NCBI GenBank assembly: GCA_965231125.1
Contig: OZ246414.1
Coordinates: 281,512-345,511, forward strand
Length of the DNA stretch: 64,000 nucleotides
Direction: 5' to 3'
DNA from: an uncultured Gammaproteobacteria bacterium
GTDB taxonomy: Bacteria; Patescibacteriota; Microgenomatia; Woykebacterales; RBG-16-39-9b
The notes under the pieces were generated by a model. It made no database searches. It was not told where the DNA came from and worked only from the letters and a program-made list of their open reading frames with translations. Positions 18,193 through 27,661 of the stretch are shown piece by piece; position 1 is the first letter of the stretch, and each line of letters begins with the position of its first letter. The translations under genes and the position numbers were made by a program.

Positions 18193-18228
18193 AGCGCCTG
18201 AGAGGGCGCTTTAGCTTTTTAAAGTTAT
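18193..18228 (+). terminator. Rho-independent terminator
   Basis: Hairpin AGCGCC-TGAGAG-GGCGCT followed by TTAGCTTTTT. Confidence 0.55.
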
Positions 18229-18245
18229 ATTTTAAAAACGCAGCG

Positions 18246-18290
18246 TTAGACCCGCCCACCGCTAAGGCTTTGGCAGGTGGGGAGTATACA
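18246..18290 (-). terminator. Rho-independent terminator for the VOC gene
   Basis: On the minus strand, a CCCACCTGCC..GGCGGTGGG hairpin followed by CGTTTTTAAAA. Confidence 0.45.
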
Positions 18291-18303
18291 AATCACTTGG
18301 ATT

Positions 18304-18684
18304 TTATCCTCTAACTTGGGCGAGTTGGAAGTAATTGCCGTCGGCATCTTCAAAAGTGGCGACGTAACCGTAACCCTCAATGTGGTAAGTATCCTGAATT
18401 TTTTTAACCTCAGCGTCGTCAAGCTGTTTTACTTCTTTTTCAATGTCGTCTACTTCCAAATTGAAAATAATTCTTGAAGGGTCTTGGCTTTTTCCTTTAA
18501 CGTCTTTGTGGTCCATGATGTAAATGTTTGGACCGTCCCCCAAACCAAGCTCGTAAACTTCTTCTTTGTTATCGCCCATCTCGGCTTCCATAGTGATCTT
18601 TAAGCCAACCTTTTCCTCGTAAAATTTTGCCAAGCTCTTTGCGTTTTCGCTAAAAATATTAAGGCTCTCTAGTCCGCGAATCAT
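18304..18684 (-). CDS. VOC (glyoxalase/bleomycin-resistance) family protein
   Basis: Begins MIRGLESLNIFSEN and ends in the VOC-typical YGYVATFEDADGNYFQL. The track start at 18741 is probably an extension. Confidence 0.6.
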   Translation of the reverse strand: MIRGLESLNIFSENAKSLAKFYEEKVGLKITMEAEMGDNKEEVYELGLGDGPNIYIMDHKDVKGKSQDPSRIIFNLEVDDIEKEVKQLDDAEVKKIQDTYHIEGYGYVATFEDADGNYFQLAQVRG

Positions 18685-18749
18685 AAAATTCACCTCCTTT
18701 AAAAGTGTTTTTAGTGTATCCAAAAGATTTCGAAAAAACAATAGGCCGT

Positions 18750-18968
18750 TTAAACTTTTGCCGCTTGACGATGCTTTATAAAAGCATTCACTGGGTTGCA
18801 GCTTAGAAGTCGGGCCGTTATTAATAGTAAAGCTTTGGGCAGAGGTTTTTGTTCCAAAGTCTCAACTGCGTATTGAGAACAGGTGGGAACATACAAACAT
18901 TGAGCACCCAATAAAGGCGAAATTGCTGCTTGATAGACTTTTATAAAATTTATAATAAATTTTTTCAC
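18750..18968 (-). CDS. yidD: Membrane protein insertion efficiency factor YidD
   Basis: Pattern ISPLLG.QC.Y.PTCSQYA.E. Confidence 0.75.
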   Translation of the reverse strand: MKKFIINFIKVYQAAISPLLGAQCLYVPTCSQYAVETLEQKPLPKALLLITARLLSCNPVNAFIKHRQAAKV

Positions 18969-19105
18969 GAGCCTATTTTACCATAAGAATCTTGCGTCGC
19001 TAGTTACTCTTCTTGCAATTTATTGTATAATTAAACTAATGCCCAAAACCACTGCTTCCAAATTCCCACTATCGATATATCGCATAATTTCATTCCCGAG
19101 AGGGG

Positions 19106-19801
19106 GTGGAAATTATGGGAGGTATTAACCAAAAACTTCTTACAGTCCTTGTAGCAGTTATTGTTATTGCCTTGTCTTTTGGTGTTGGCTACTACTTAAA
19201 CACCCAAAACGCCAGCCAAACAAGTACAACTACAAACTCAGCGACACCCACTACAGCAAAGGTCTTATCAGCATTTGATAACGACCATGATGGAATTCCA
19301 GATTCTGTCGATAAAGATGATGACAACGACGGTACCCCTGATGTAAGCGATGTAAAGTCGAAGGATCATGATAATGACGGAATAATCGATGCTCAAGATA
19401 ACGATGATGATGATGACGGAGACGAGGATAACCAAGATGAAGCTTTAGACGACCACGACAATGACGGGCTACCTGATAATGTTGATATAGACGACGACAA
19501 TGATGGGATTGTCGACACCGCCGACACTCACGAGGATGATCATGACAATGACGGGATAGATGATAAAGACGACCCGGATGATGACAACGACAAAATAATG
19601 GATAACGTCGACAAGCACCTAGACGACCACGATAACGATAGCATTGCAGACAACAAGGATACTGACGACGGTGAAGCCAAAGAAGCTCCAAAGTTTGAGG
19701 GCGATTCAGACCACGATGGGGTTTCAAACGAACAAGATCAAGACAGCGGTAACGATGGTGAGACCGAAACAGAAAATAATGTAGAAAGTGGTGGTAGGTG
19801 A
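19106..19801 (+). CDS. Membrane-anchored acidic protein with thrombospondin-type-3-like Ca-binding repeats
   Basis: N-terminal transmembrane helix, a Thr-rich linker, then at least nine DxDxDGxxDxxD repeats (DNDHDGIPDSVD, DDDNDGTPDVSD...). Confidence 0.6.
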   Translation: MEIMGGINQKLLTVLVAVIVIALSFGVGYYLNTQNASQTSTTTNSATPTTAKVLSAFDNDHDGIPDSVDKDDDNDGTPDVSDVKSKDHDNDGIIDAQDNDDDDDGDEDNQDEALDDHDNDGLPDNVDIDDDNDGIVDTADTHEDDHDNDGIDDKDDPDDDNDKIMDNVDKHLDDHDNDSIADNKDTDDGEAKEAPKFEGDSDHDGVSNEQDQDSGNDGETETENNVESGGR

Positions 19802-19883
19802 TAAAGAAAGCTCCGGTAGCAGCGATACTAGCTCCGGTGGTGAGAAAGATTCCGAAACCGATACCGGTCAGTGAGTTGTTGAT

Positions 19884-20219
19884 GTGAAAATATTTAATGT
19901 CACGAAAGACAAATTAATCGCGGGTGGTGCCGAGGAGGCTAATAATATTGTCCAGAAATCCATTGGATTAATCGGCGCCGCCAAGGCGAAACCGCTAATT
20001 CTGCAGGCTCAGTTTGGAATTCACACTTTCGGCATGAGGTTTCCGATTGATGTTTTGGTGATTGATAAGGAACACAAAGTGGCGGCTCTAAAGGAGAGTT
20101 TAGCTCCCTTTAGATTTTTTGTTTGGAACCCGAAGTACAGTCTGATAATCGAGCTTCCCGCCGGCACGATTGGCAAAACAAAAACTTCAATTGGTGATAC
20201 GATCTCCCTAAAAGATTAA
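19884..20219 (+). CDS. DUF192 domain protein
   Basis: Family pattern GM.F...IDVL.ID....V...............LELPAG. Confidence 0.55.
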   Translation: MKIFNVTKDKLIAGGAEEANNIVQKSIGLIGAAKAKPLILQAQFGIHTFGMRFPIDVLVIDKEHKVAALKESLAPFRFFVWNPKYSLIIELPAGTIGKTKTSIGDTISLKD

Positions 20220-20311
20220 CTACGAGGTTCGGATTATCCTTCCAAATACTTTTTGATTTCTCCCAAATAATAACGGTTCCAGATAATTGGACTGTGTTAG
20301 AATTTTAAGGT

Positions 20312-21964
20312 ATGGAAAAACGGTGGCAGCTTTATCCAAAGGTAGGTGCAGATTTAAAAACCCAGATTCTTGCAAATCGAGGAGTCACAAGTGCGTCTCA
20401 AACGCAAAAATTTCTTAACCCTTTTCTTAGTGAGCTTCCTGAAGTCGGCAAGGAATTCCCTCAAATAGGTAAAGCGGTTGAAAGGGTCCAAAAAGCGATC
20501 CGCGAAAAGGAATTAATTTACATTTATGGAGATTTTGATGTGGATGGGGTTACCGGTACGGCAATTGTCTGGGAAACTTTAGATTTTCTGGGGGCGAAAG
20601 TGCTGCCGTACATACCTCATCGCGAGCTTGAAGGTTACGGGCTTCACAGCAGGGCTTTAGAGAAGCTTGCTAAGGAAGGGGCGAAAGTTGTTATTAGCGT
20701 TGATTGTGGCATAACCGCCGTGGATCAAGCCAAGCAGGCGAAAAAGCTAGGAATAGACCTGATTATCACAGATCATCACGAGCCTTTAGAGACTCTTCCG
20801 GCTCCATTTGCTCTTTTGCACACGAAAGCACTCTCCGGAAGTGGCATTGCCTTTCGGTTTGCGCAGGCGCTTCTTGATTCGGCTAATAAAAGCGGGGACG
20901 AGCAGTTTTTTAAAAATTTGGAGCTTGCCACCGTCGGTACAGTAGCGGATATGGTTCCGTTAACTTCGGAAAATAGAATAATTGTTAAAAACGGCTTACC
21001 GCTTCTCGCAAAAACGGGCAGGCTAGGATTGCGATCTCTATACGAACAGGCTTCTTTAAATAGAAATATTGGCACTAGCGAGATCGGTTTTATCATTGCT
21101 CCAAGACTAAACGCCATGGGTCGAATGGAGCACGCCTTGGATTCGCTCCGACTTCTTTTGACAAGGAGGCGAGAGCGGGCTAGAAATCTAGCTATCAAGC
21201 TATCGAGCATAAATCAGGAAAGGCAAAAAGCAACTAGCGAGGCAGTCGCCCACGCCAAAGAGGCAGTCAAGAAAGAGTTTAACGGCGCAAAAATGTTAGT
21301 TGTGGGGGATGCGAGCTACCCTCAAGGGGTGGTTGGTTTAGTAGCCGGCAAGTTAGTCGAGGAGTTCTACCGGCCGGCCGCGGTTATCAGTATTAATGAC
21401 GATTTAAGCAGGGGAAGTGCTAGATCTATCTCCGGTTTTCATGTCACGAATGCGTTAAGCGGTGCAAAAGGGTTCTTAGAAAATTACGGCGGCCACCCCA
21501 TGGCGGCGGGTTTTTCAATCCAAAGACAAAATATCGATAAATTTAGGGAGCATATGGTGCGCCATGCCGAAGAATCCTTAACGGATAAGGATCTAAAACC
21601 GATTCTTAAGATCGACCTTCAGATTGACGCTGGCCAAATTAACCACGAGACTTTATCAGTAGTAAAAGACTTTGAGCCTTTTGGAATTGGTAACCCGGAG
21701 CCGGCGTTTGTTACCAAAGATATGAGAGTTTTGGAATCTCGCGCGGTTGGCGCAGGCGGAAAACACTTAAAAATGATTTTGGCCGGGCCCGACCAACAAA
21801 CGTACGACGCGATTTGTTTTTCTTTTCAAAGAGAAATTCCAGGCAAAGGTGACTCCATCGACGTAGTCTACAATCTTTCCGAAGACACTTGGCAAGGGAG
21901 AAAAAGGGTTCAATTGAAAGTGAAAGATTTTAAAAAAAGTGATGATAAAAAAGTAGAAGGCTGA
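20312..21964 (+). CDS. recJ: Single-stranded-DNA-specific exonuclease RecJ
   Basis: DHH motifs (YGDFDVDGVTG; DHHEP), the DHHA1 region GGHPMAAGF, and a C-terminal OB-fold region. Confidence 0.85.
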   Translation: MEKRWQLYPKVGADLKTQILANRGVTSASQTQKFLNPFLSELPEVGKEFPQIGKAVERVQKAIREKELIYIYGDFDVDGVTGTAIVWETLDFLGAKVLPYIPHRELEGYGLHSRALEKLAKEGAKVVISVDCGITAVDQAKQAKKLGIDLIITDHHEPLETLPAPFALLHTKALSGSGIAFRFAQALLDSANKSGDEQFFKNLELATVGTVADMVPLTSENRIIVKNGLPLLAKTGRLGLRSLYEQASLNRNIGTSEIGFIIAPRLNAMGRMEHALDSLRLLLTRRRERARNLAIKLSSINQERQKATSEAVAHAKEAVKKEFNGAKMLVVGDASYPQGVVGLVAGKLVEEFYRPAAVISINDDLSRGSARSISGFHVTNALSGAKGFLENYGGHPMAAGFSIQRQNIDKFREHMVRHAEESLTDKDLKPILKIDLQIDAGQINHETLSVVKDFEPFGIGNPEPAFVTKDMRVLESRAVGAGGKHLKMILAGPDQQTYDAICFSFQREIPGKGDSIDVVYNLSEDTWQGRKRVQLKVKDFKKSDDKKVEG

Positions 21965-21970
21965 GCAAGT

Positions 21971-22315
21971 TTACCCAGCCTTCCGAACGACACGATAGAC
22001 AGCTTCAAAAAGTGGCCAATTCTGCCAAATCACGAACGTTCCAATGAGGCAGATTAAAGCAAGTTCAACCAGTTGGTTAACATCAGCAAGGTTGACGGCA
22101 CCAACAAGGCTTATCAAACTAAGACAAACGATGCCAATTAGCGTTAGTAGATTTTCAGAAGCATAGTCTCTCAGCGCAGTTGGGATCCGTTCTTCCCTAT
22201 CGCAAAAAGTTGCTACCACTACCAAAGCCACATCGATTACTAGTACCAGCACGATAAACGATGCAAGGGCCGCGTTTAATGGACTTAGTGGGCTCAATTT
22301 TATCGCTCCTTCCAT
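21971..22315 (-). CDS. Hypothetical membrane protein
   Basis: Hydrophobic ORF of 114 aa. Confidence 0.35.
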   Translation of the reverse strand: MEGAIKLSPLSPLNAALASFIVLVLVIDVALVVVATFCDREERIPTALRDYASENLLTLIGIVCLSLISLVGAVNLADVNQLVELALICLIGTFVIWQNWPLFEAVYRVVRKAG

Positions 22316-22384
22316 CTGATTGGTTGGCTCCTCTTCCTAGTTTGCATTATAGCACTCAGGGATAGGTAGACAAGAGAGTGGGTT

Positions 22385-23782
22385 TTGTATAGAATAACTC
22401 GCATGAAAAGAAATTTGGTTGCCGAAGTTTCAGATAAAATCGGGTCCGAAGTCGATCTTTATGGTTTTGTTGATACGCGGCGAGATCACGGCAAGATAAT
22501 CTTTCTGGATCTGCGCGACGCCTCTGGACTGGTTCAAGTGGTGGCCACGCCGAAAAACGAAGAAGCTTACAAAGTCGCCAATAACTTGTCCTCGGAAGAT
22601 GTTATCCATGTGACTGGAAAGGTCAATGAACGACCAAAAGAAAACGTCAACCCGGATCTTGAAACTGGAAAAGTAGAAGTTCTCGCAGAAAAAATTGAAA
22701 TCGTATCAAAAGCAAAAGAACTACCAATACCGATTGATGGTGAGGGTTACGATATCGATGAGCCAGTCCGTTTCAAGTACCGCTATTTGGATCTGCGTCG
22801 ACCCCGCCTGCAAGAAAATCTTAAACTGCGCCATAAAATAACAAAACTTGTCCGTGAATTTTTAGATAAAGAAAGTTTTGTCGAAATCGAAACCCCGTAT
22901 CTTTCAAAAACCACTCCAGAAGGAGCCCGCGATTTTCTGGTACCATCCCGGCTGCAAAAAGGAAAATTTTACGCTCTCGCACAATCCCCCCAGCAGTATA
23001 AACAACTTCTTATGATATCCGGATTCGAGCGTTACTACCAAATTGCCCGGGCCTTTCGCGATGAGGATTTGCGAGCCGACCGGCAATTTGAACACACCCA
23101 AATTGATATTGAGCAGGCATTCGTTGAACGTGAAGACATTATGGGTTTGGTTGAAGAAATGATAGTTCAGGTTTTCGAAAAAATTGGTAAAAAAATTGTC
23201 AAAAAACCTTTCCCAGTCTTGTCCTTTAAAGAAGCCCAAGAAAAGCACAGTTCCGATCGTCCGAATCTTTCCAAAGGAAAAGACGAACTTCATTTTCTCT
23301 GGGTAGTGGATTTCCCACTTTTTGAAAAAAGAGATGATGGTGGCTATACTTTTGCTCACAACCCTTTCGCCTCGCCAAAGCCAGAAGACAGGGAAAATTT
23401 AATGCAGAAAAAGAATTTAGAGGCTCTTACATCTTTGCAATACGATCTTGTTTGTAACGGTGAAGAAATTGGTGGTGGGAGTATTCGTATTTCCGATCCA
23501 GAAATCCAAAGGCAAGTATTCCGCGTGATGGGGTACACGGATACGCAGATTGAGGCGCAGTTTGGCCATTTACTTGCCGCCTATGAATATGGTGCCCCAA
23601 CTCACGGTGGAATTGCTCTTGGCTTAGATAGAGTAGTGGCTATAGCCGCTGGCGAAGAAAATATCCGCGAAGTAATTGCTTTTCCGGTTACTTCGGGCGG
23701 ACAGACATCAGTTATGGAGGCGCCAAGCCCGGCCGACGACAAAGACCTAAGGCAGGTTGGGATAAAGTTGGTTAAAGACTAA
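22385..23782 (+). CDS. aspS: Aspartyl-tRNA synthetase (short form, no GAD insertion)
   Basis: N-terminal OB fold, class II motif 2 FRDEDLRADRQFEHTQIDIE, and motif 3 GGIALGLDRVVAI. Only 465 aa. Confidence 0.85.
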   Translation: MYRITRMKRNLVAEVSDKIGSEVDLYGFVDTRRDHGKIIFLDLRDASGLVQVVATPKNEEAYKVANNLSSEDVIHVTGKVNERPKENVNPDLETGKVEVLAEKIEIVSKAKELPIPIDGEGYDIDEPVRFKYRYLDLRRPRLQENLKLRHKITKLVREFLDKESFVEIETPYLSKTTPEGARDFLVPSRLQKGKFYALAQSPQQYKQLLMISGFERYYQIARAFRDEDLRADRQFEHTQIDIEQAFVEREDIMGLVEEMIVQVFEKIGKKIVKKPFPVLSFKEAQEKHSSDRPNLSKGKDELHFLWVVDFPLFEKRDDGGYTFAHNPFASPKPEDRENLMQKKNLEALTSLQYDLVCNGEEIGGGSIRISDPEIQRQVFRVMGYTDTQIEAQFGHLLAAYEYGAPTHGGIALGLDRVVAIAAGEENIREVIAFPVTSGGQTSVMEAPSPADDKDLRQVGIKLVKD

Positions 23783-23792
23783 CCTCGAGAGT

Positions 23793-24878
23793 CTATCTCG
23801 AATAATCACTCGAAACTGCCGGCAAATAGGCAATGAATGGGTAAAGATTGTTTTTATATTTTCCTGAGCCGGTGAAAACATAAACCGGCTGTAAGAATGC
23901 CTGGTAATTTCTTGTTTCGTAGTAACCCAAATACATATCTCCCAAAAATATTTGACTGTAGGATTTTCGGGCCCCTTTTACAAATGAGGCTTTTCCTTGT
24001 TGAAAATCTTGCCAGGCGCTCGCCCCGTCTTTTATTGGGTACGGGGAAGATTCATTGTAATTGATCGGCCAGTAATTAAATTCTGCCTCAACGACCCCGT
24101 CTTCGATACCAAGATTTGTTCCTAGAACAACTCGAATTAATGAGGAACTCGGGTTTACCTGGACAAATGGGTATTTATTGCTGATGCTTTGTCGATAAAA
24201 AAGTATTTCGACTAAGCTCGCTTCAGAAAAGCTAGTTACGCGAGAACGCTTTTTGGTTTTTAAGCTCAGCTTGTAGAAGTTCAAGCTAGTTGGCCCGGAT
24301 TGCAAATCATCTAGATACGAGCCGGATTTTTTCAAAAACCGGATCCCTTCTTGGACGGCGTCGCCGGAAGTGTCGAATTGAAAGATACCCTTAAGAATTC
24401 TATGATCTTTGAGAGGATCAAATTTATAAAGGAAGCTTCCGGTTACAATATTCATTTGAAAAGATTTCGCTTTAAAGTTCGAATCTTTCCAAGAGTAACT
24501 TATGTCAGAAATTCTTTTGGGTACAGAATCAAATCCAAGGCTGTGCGCTTTTTTGTTTGCTTCATCCAGTGAGGATAAGGTTCCAGTTGGGATTGGTACG
24601 GGGTACACGGGCATAGTTTTTGGAGTGGCGGGGAATGTTCCTTCCGGAAGCGCGAAATTAAATGAAGTGTTAGTCAGGCCAGCCTTAGCAAGTGGCAAGG
24701 GTGGAGCGGAAAGTTTTCCGTAGTAGGCTACGGGATGGGCATTTTTGGATTCAAAGACAAGCCGGTAGAGACCCTTAAGACCAATCCAGGCAACCCAAAG
24801 AGCCGCGAGAAAAAGAACAAAAACGGTGGCGGCAGTAAGTATCTTACGAATTTGGGCAGACAGATCGTAAAGACCCAT
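23793..24878 (-). CDS. Hypothetical membrane-anchored protein
   Basis: N-terminal transmembrane helix. 361 aa. Confidence 0.45.
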   Translation of the reverse strand: MGLYDLSAQIRKILTAATVFVLFLAALWVAWIGLKGLYRLVFESKNAHPVAYYGKLSAPPLPLAKAGLTNTSFNFALPEGTFPATPKTMPVYPVPIPTGTLSSLDEANKKAHSLGFDSVPKRISDISYSWKDSNFKAKSFQMNIVTGSFLYKFDPLKDHRILKGIFQFDTSGDAVQEGIRFLKKSGSYLDDLQSGPTSLNFYKLSLKTKKRSRVTSFSEASLVEILFYRQSISNKYPFVQVNPSSSLIRVVLGTNLGIEDGVVEAEFNYWPINYNESSPYPIKDGASAWQDFQQGKASFVKGARKSYSQIFLGDMYLGYYETRNYQAFLQPVYVFTGSGKYKNNLYPFIAYLPAVSSDYSR

Positions 24879-24934
24879 TAATGTGAGTATATCCTTCTCT
24901 TATGGTATAATTCAAGGCTTAGGAGGACAAAAAG

Positions 24935-26347
24935 TTGAGCATTAGAGTGCGCATTGCACCCTCACCTACCGGTGAGCCACATATCGGAACAGCTTACACA
25001 GCTTTATTTAATTTCGCTTTTACCCATTCCCAAAAAGGAAAATTTATTCTTCGAATTGAAGATACCGATCGCAGTCGCTTCGTCGAGGAGGCAGAAAAAA
25101 ACATTACTGACTCTTTAAAATGGCTTGGTCTCCCTTGGGATGAAGGTCCTGATGTTGGCGGGCCCTTTGGCCCATACCATCAGTCCGAGAGACTGTCAAT
25201 TTATAAAAAGTATGCGGGAGAGTTGGTGGAAAAAAGAAAAGCCTACTACTGCGATTGTAGTTCAGAAAGGTTAAGGCAGCTTCGTGAGACGCAGCAAAGG
25301 GAGGGTAAAGTACCCTCATATGACAGAAAATGTCGTGATAGAAATCTTTCGGAAAGCGCAGACACCGTCATTCGTCTGTCCGTTCCTTTAGAGGGAGAAA
25401 CAGCTGTCTCCGATCTTGTTCGGGGCGAAATTATATTTCAAAACAAAGACATTGAAGACCCAATAATTTTTAAATCGGATGGCTACCCTACCTACCACCT
25501 AGCGTCCGTTGTCGACGATCATCTGATGGAAATTAGTCATGTCATTAGGGCGGAAGAATGGCTTTCGAGTACGCCTAAACACGTTATTTTGTATGATGCC
25601 TTTGATTGGACGCCGCCAAAGTTTGTCCATTTACCACTGCTGCGTAACCCAGACAGGAGCAAAATTAGCAAAAGGAAAAACCCAGTTTCTTTAGTTTGGT
25701 ACAGGGAGGAAGGTTACTTACCGGCCGCTTTACTAAATTATCTGGCAACAATGGGTTGGTCTATGCCGGGCGATAAAGAGATTTTTGGCCTGGAGGATTT
25801 TATCAAAAACTTTAGTTTTGATAGGATCGATCCAGCCGGTCCTATCTTTGACATTCAAAAGCTTTCTTGGCTAAACGGAGAATATATCAGAAAGACCGAA
25901 AGTAGCAGTCTTGTTGAATTGCTTAAGGACTATACGAGCCGGTCAGAGGAAGAAATAAAGAAAGTCCTACCGCTTGTTAAAGAAAGAATGCGAAAACTTT
26001 CAGAGTTTGACGCTCTCATTGGATTTATATTTGCCAGTGAGGTAAAGGCTGACTTCTCCACCGTTGTGGAAAAATATGAAGATAGTCTTAAAGCAGAGGC
26101 TTTACGAAAAGCACTGCCCCACCTTGAGGACTTAAGTGAGTGGAGAGCTGTCGAGATTGAAAAAATGATTGAGGCAGCTCGGGCCGAACTGCCTTGGAGT
26201 AAAGGAGATTTCTATATGCTGGTTAGAGTGGCTGTTTGTGGATCGAGCGCGACCCCACCACTTTTCGAAACAATGCAGGCAGTTGGAAAAGAGAAAACCG
26301 TCGGTAGGCTCAATCAAGCTTACAAGAACCTTTCCAAGAGTAGCTAG
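24935..26347 (+). CDS. gltX: Glutamyl-tRNA synthetase
   Basis: HIGH-type motif (SPTGEPHIGTA), KISKRK (the KMSKS motif), and an anticodon-binding C-terminal domain. Confidence 0.9.
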   Translation: MSIRVRIAPSPTGEPHIGTAYTALFNFAFTHSQKGKFILRIEDTDRSRFVEEAEKNITDSLKWLGLPWDEGPDVGGPFGPYHQSERLSIYKKYAGELVEKRKAYYCDCSSERLRQLRETQQREGKVPSYDRKCRDRNLSESADTVIRLSVPLEGETAVSDLVRGEIIFQNKDIEDPIIFKSDGYPTYHLASVVDDHLMEISHVIRAEEWLSSTPKHVILYDAFDWTPPKFVHLPLLRNPDRSKISKRKNPVSLVWYREEGYLPAALLNYLATMGWSMPGDKEIFGLEDFIKNFSFDRIDPAGPIFDIQKLSWLNGEYIRKTESSSLVELLKDYTSRSEEEIKKVLPLVKERMRKLSEFDALIGFIFASEVKADFSTVVEKYEDSLKAEALRKALPHLEDLSEWRAVEIEKMIEAARAELPWSKGDFYMLVRVAVCGSSATPPLFETMQAVGKEKTVGRLNQAYKNLSKSS

Positions 26348-26365
26348 TTTTGCTACCATTAGATT

Positions 26366-27661
26366 ATGATCTCGCCTGCCGAAACTATTCGTGGTAGTTT
26401 AGAGCACGAAGCTCTTTCCGAAAAATCCAGATTTACTCGCTTTGAACATCTTTCCGAACTCTTTACCTACATTCTTGCAGCTACCGCTGTGTTTCTCTCA
26501 CTTTTGCCGACTCAAACCCCCTACCACCGGTTGTTAACCTACGTTTTCGCGGGGCTTGTCGCCGCCTTCTCGCTAGCTTGGTTTAGGGTTTTGCCAAAAA
26601 AATACTCCGGAAAAACTAAGAACGTTGTTTATTATTTCCTAAATACACTTTTTGTTGGGGTTTTAGTTTACCTAAACCAGGGGGTTCAAAGCCCAGCCAC
26701 ATTTCTTTTTTATTTAATTTGTATAGCCGCTGCCTCTAGTCTAAGTGTAAAAGAGGCAGGTCTTTTAACGGGATTTTCGGATCTGATTATATTAACCGAG
26801 GCGATGTTTATCAGAGCCGGTATTCCACTCGAGAAAAGTTTGGGGTTGGGGTTTCTCCATATCTGGGCGCTTACCGCGACAGCGATATATGCTTGGTTTG
26901 TGTTTAAGGAAGAAAAAAAATCTAGAGAGGCTCACAAGGTAGATCACTTAGGAAGAATAAAAGAATTTGAAAAAATTAAAGATGAGTTTGTGTTTATTAT
27001 TTCCACAAAACTTGCCGCACCGGTAATAACTCTTAAAGATTACATAGGTTTGGCCCTATCTAAAAAGCTTGGACCTGTGTCTGAGGATCAGAAAGATATT
27101 TTAACCAAAACAGAAGAGAATATCAGTCGGCTACATCTTCTTGTTGAAGATCTTTTGGATCTCTCCAAAATTGAAACTGGAAAGTTAAGTCTTAATCTGT
27201 CTGAAGTAGATGTTGGGCAGGTGGTTGGTGCCACCCTTTCCGATTTCACTGTTCAGGCAACCGACAAAAAAATATCGCTATCGTTTGACGGTCCGGAGGA
27301 AAAAGTGTTGGTTAAAGGCGATACTTCAAGAATCCACGAAGTCGTCGCCAATCTTGTGGATAATTCTATTAAATATTCACCACCAGGTTCTAAAGTTGAG
27401 GTAAGGTTTTCAAGACAAGACGGTTTCGTTCAAGTTGACGTTTCGAATAATGGTCCTAGCATACCGGAAGTGGATAAAAAATACATTTTTCAAAAATTTT
27501 ATCGGGGCGCTGCTGTAAAAAAGGGCATAAAAGGCTCGGGTCTGGGTCTTTTTATCTGCAAGGAATTGATAGAAAGGCAAGGGGGCACTATGTGGTTTGA
27601 TTCCAGAGCTGGTGTAGGAACAACTTTTAGCTTCAAACTTCCCGAGGTGGTAAATGAATAA
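26366..27661 (+). CDS. Membrane sensor histidine kinase
   Basis: Multiple N-terminal transmembrane helices, a HisKA region, and HATPase motifs (NLVDNSIKYS; GSGLGL). Confidence 0.75.
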   Translation: MISPAETIRGSLEHEALSEKSRFTRFEHLSELFTYILAATAVFLSLLPTQTPYHRLLTYVFAGLVAAFSLAWFRVLPKKYSGKTKNVVYYFLNTLFVGVLVYLNQGVQSPATFLFYLICIAAASSLSVKEAGLLTGFSDLIILTEAMFIRAGIPLEKSLGLGFLHIWALTATAIYAWFVFKEEKKSREAHKVDHLGRIKEFEKIKDEFVFIISTKLAAPVITLKDYIGLALSKKLGPVSEDQKDILTKTEENISRLHLLVEDLLDLSKIETGKLSLNLSEVDVGQVVGATLSDFTVQATDKKISLSFDGPEEKVLVKGDTSRIHEVVANLVDNSIKYSPPGSKVEVRFSRQDGFVQVDVSNNGPSIPEVDKKYIFQKFYRGAAVKKGIKGSGLGLFICKELIERQGGTMWFDSRAGVGTTFSFKLPEVVNE

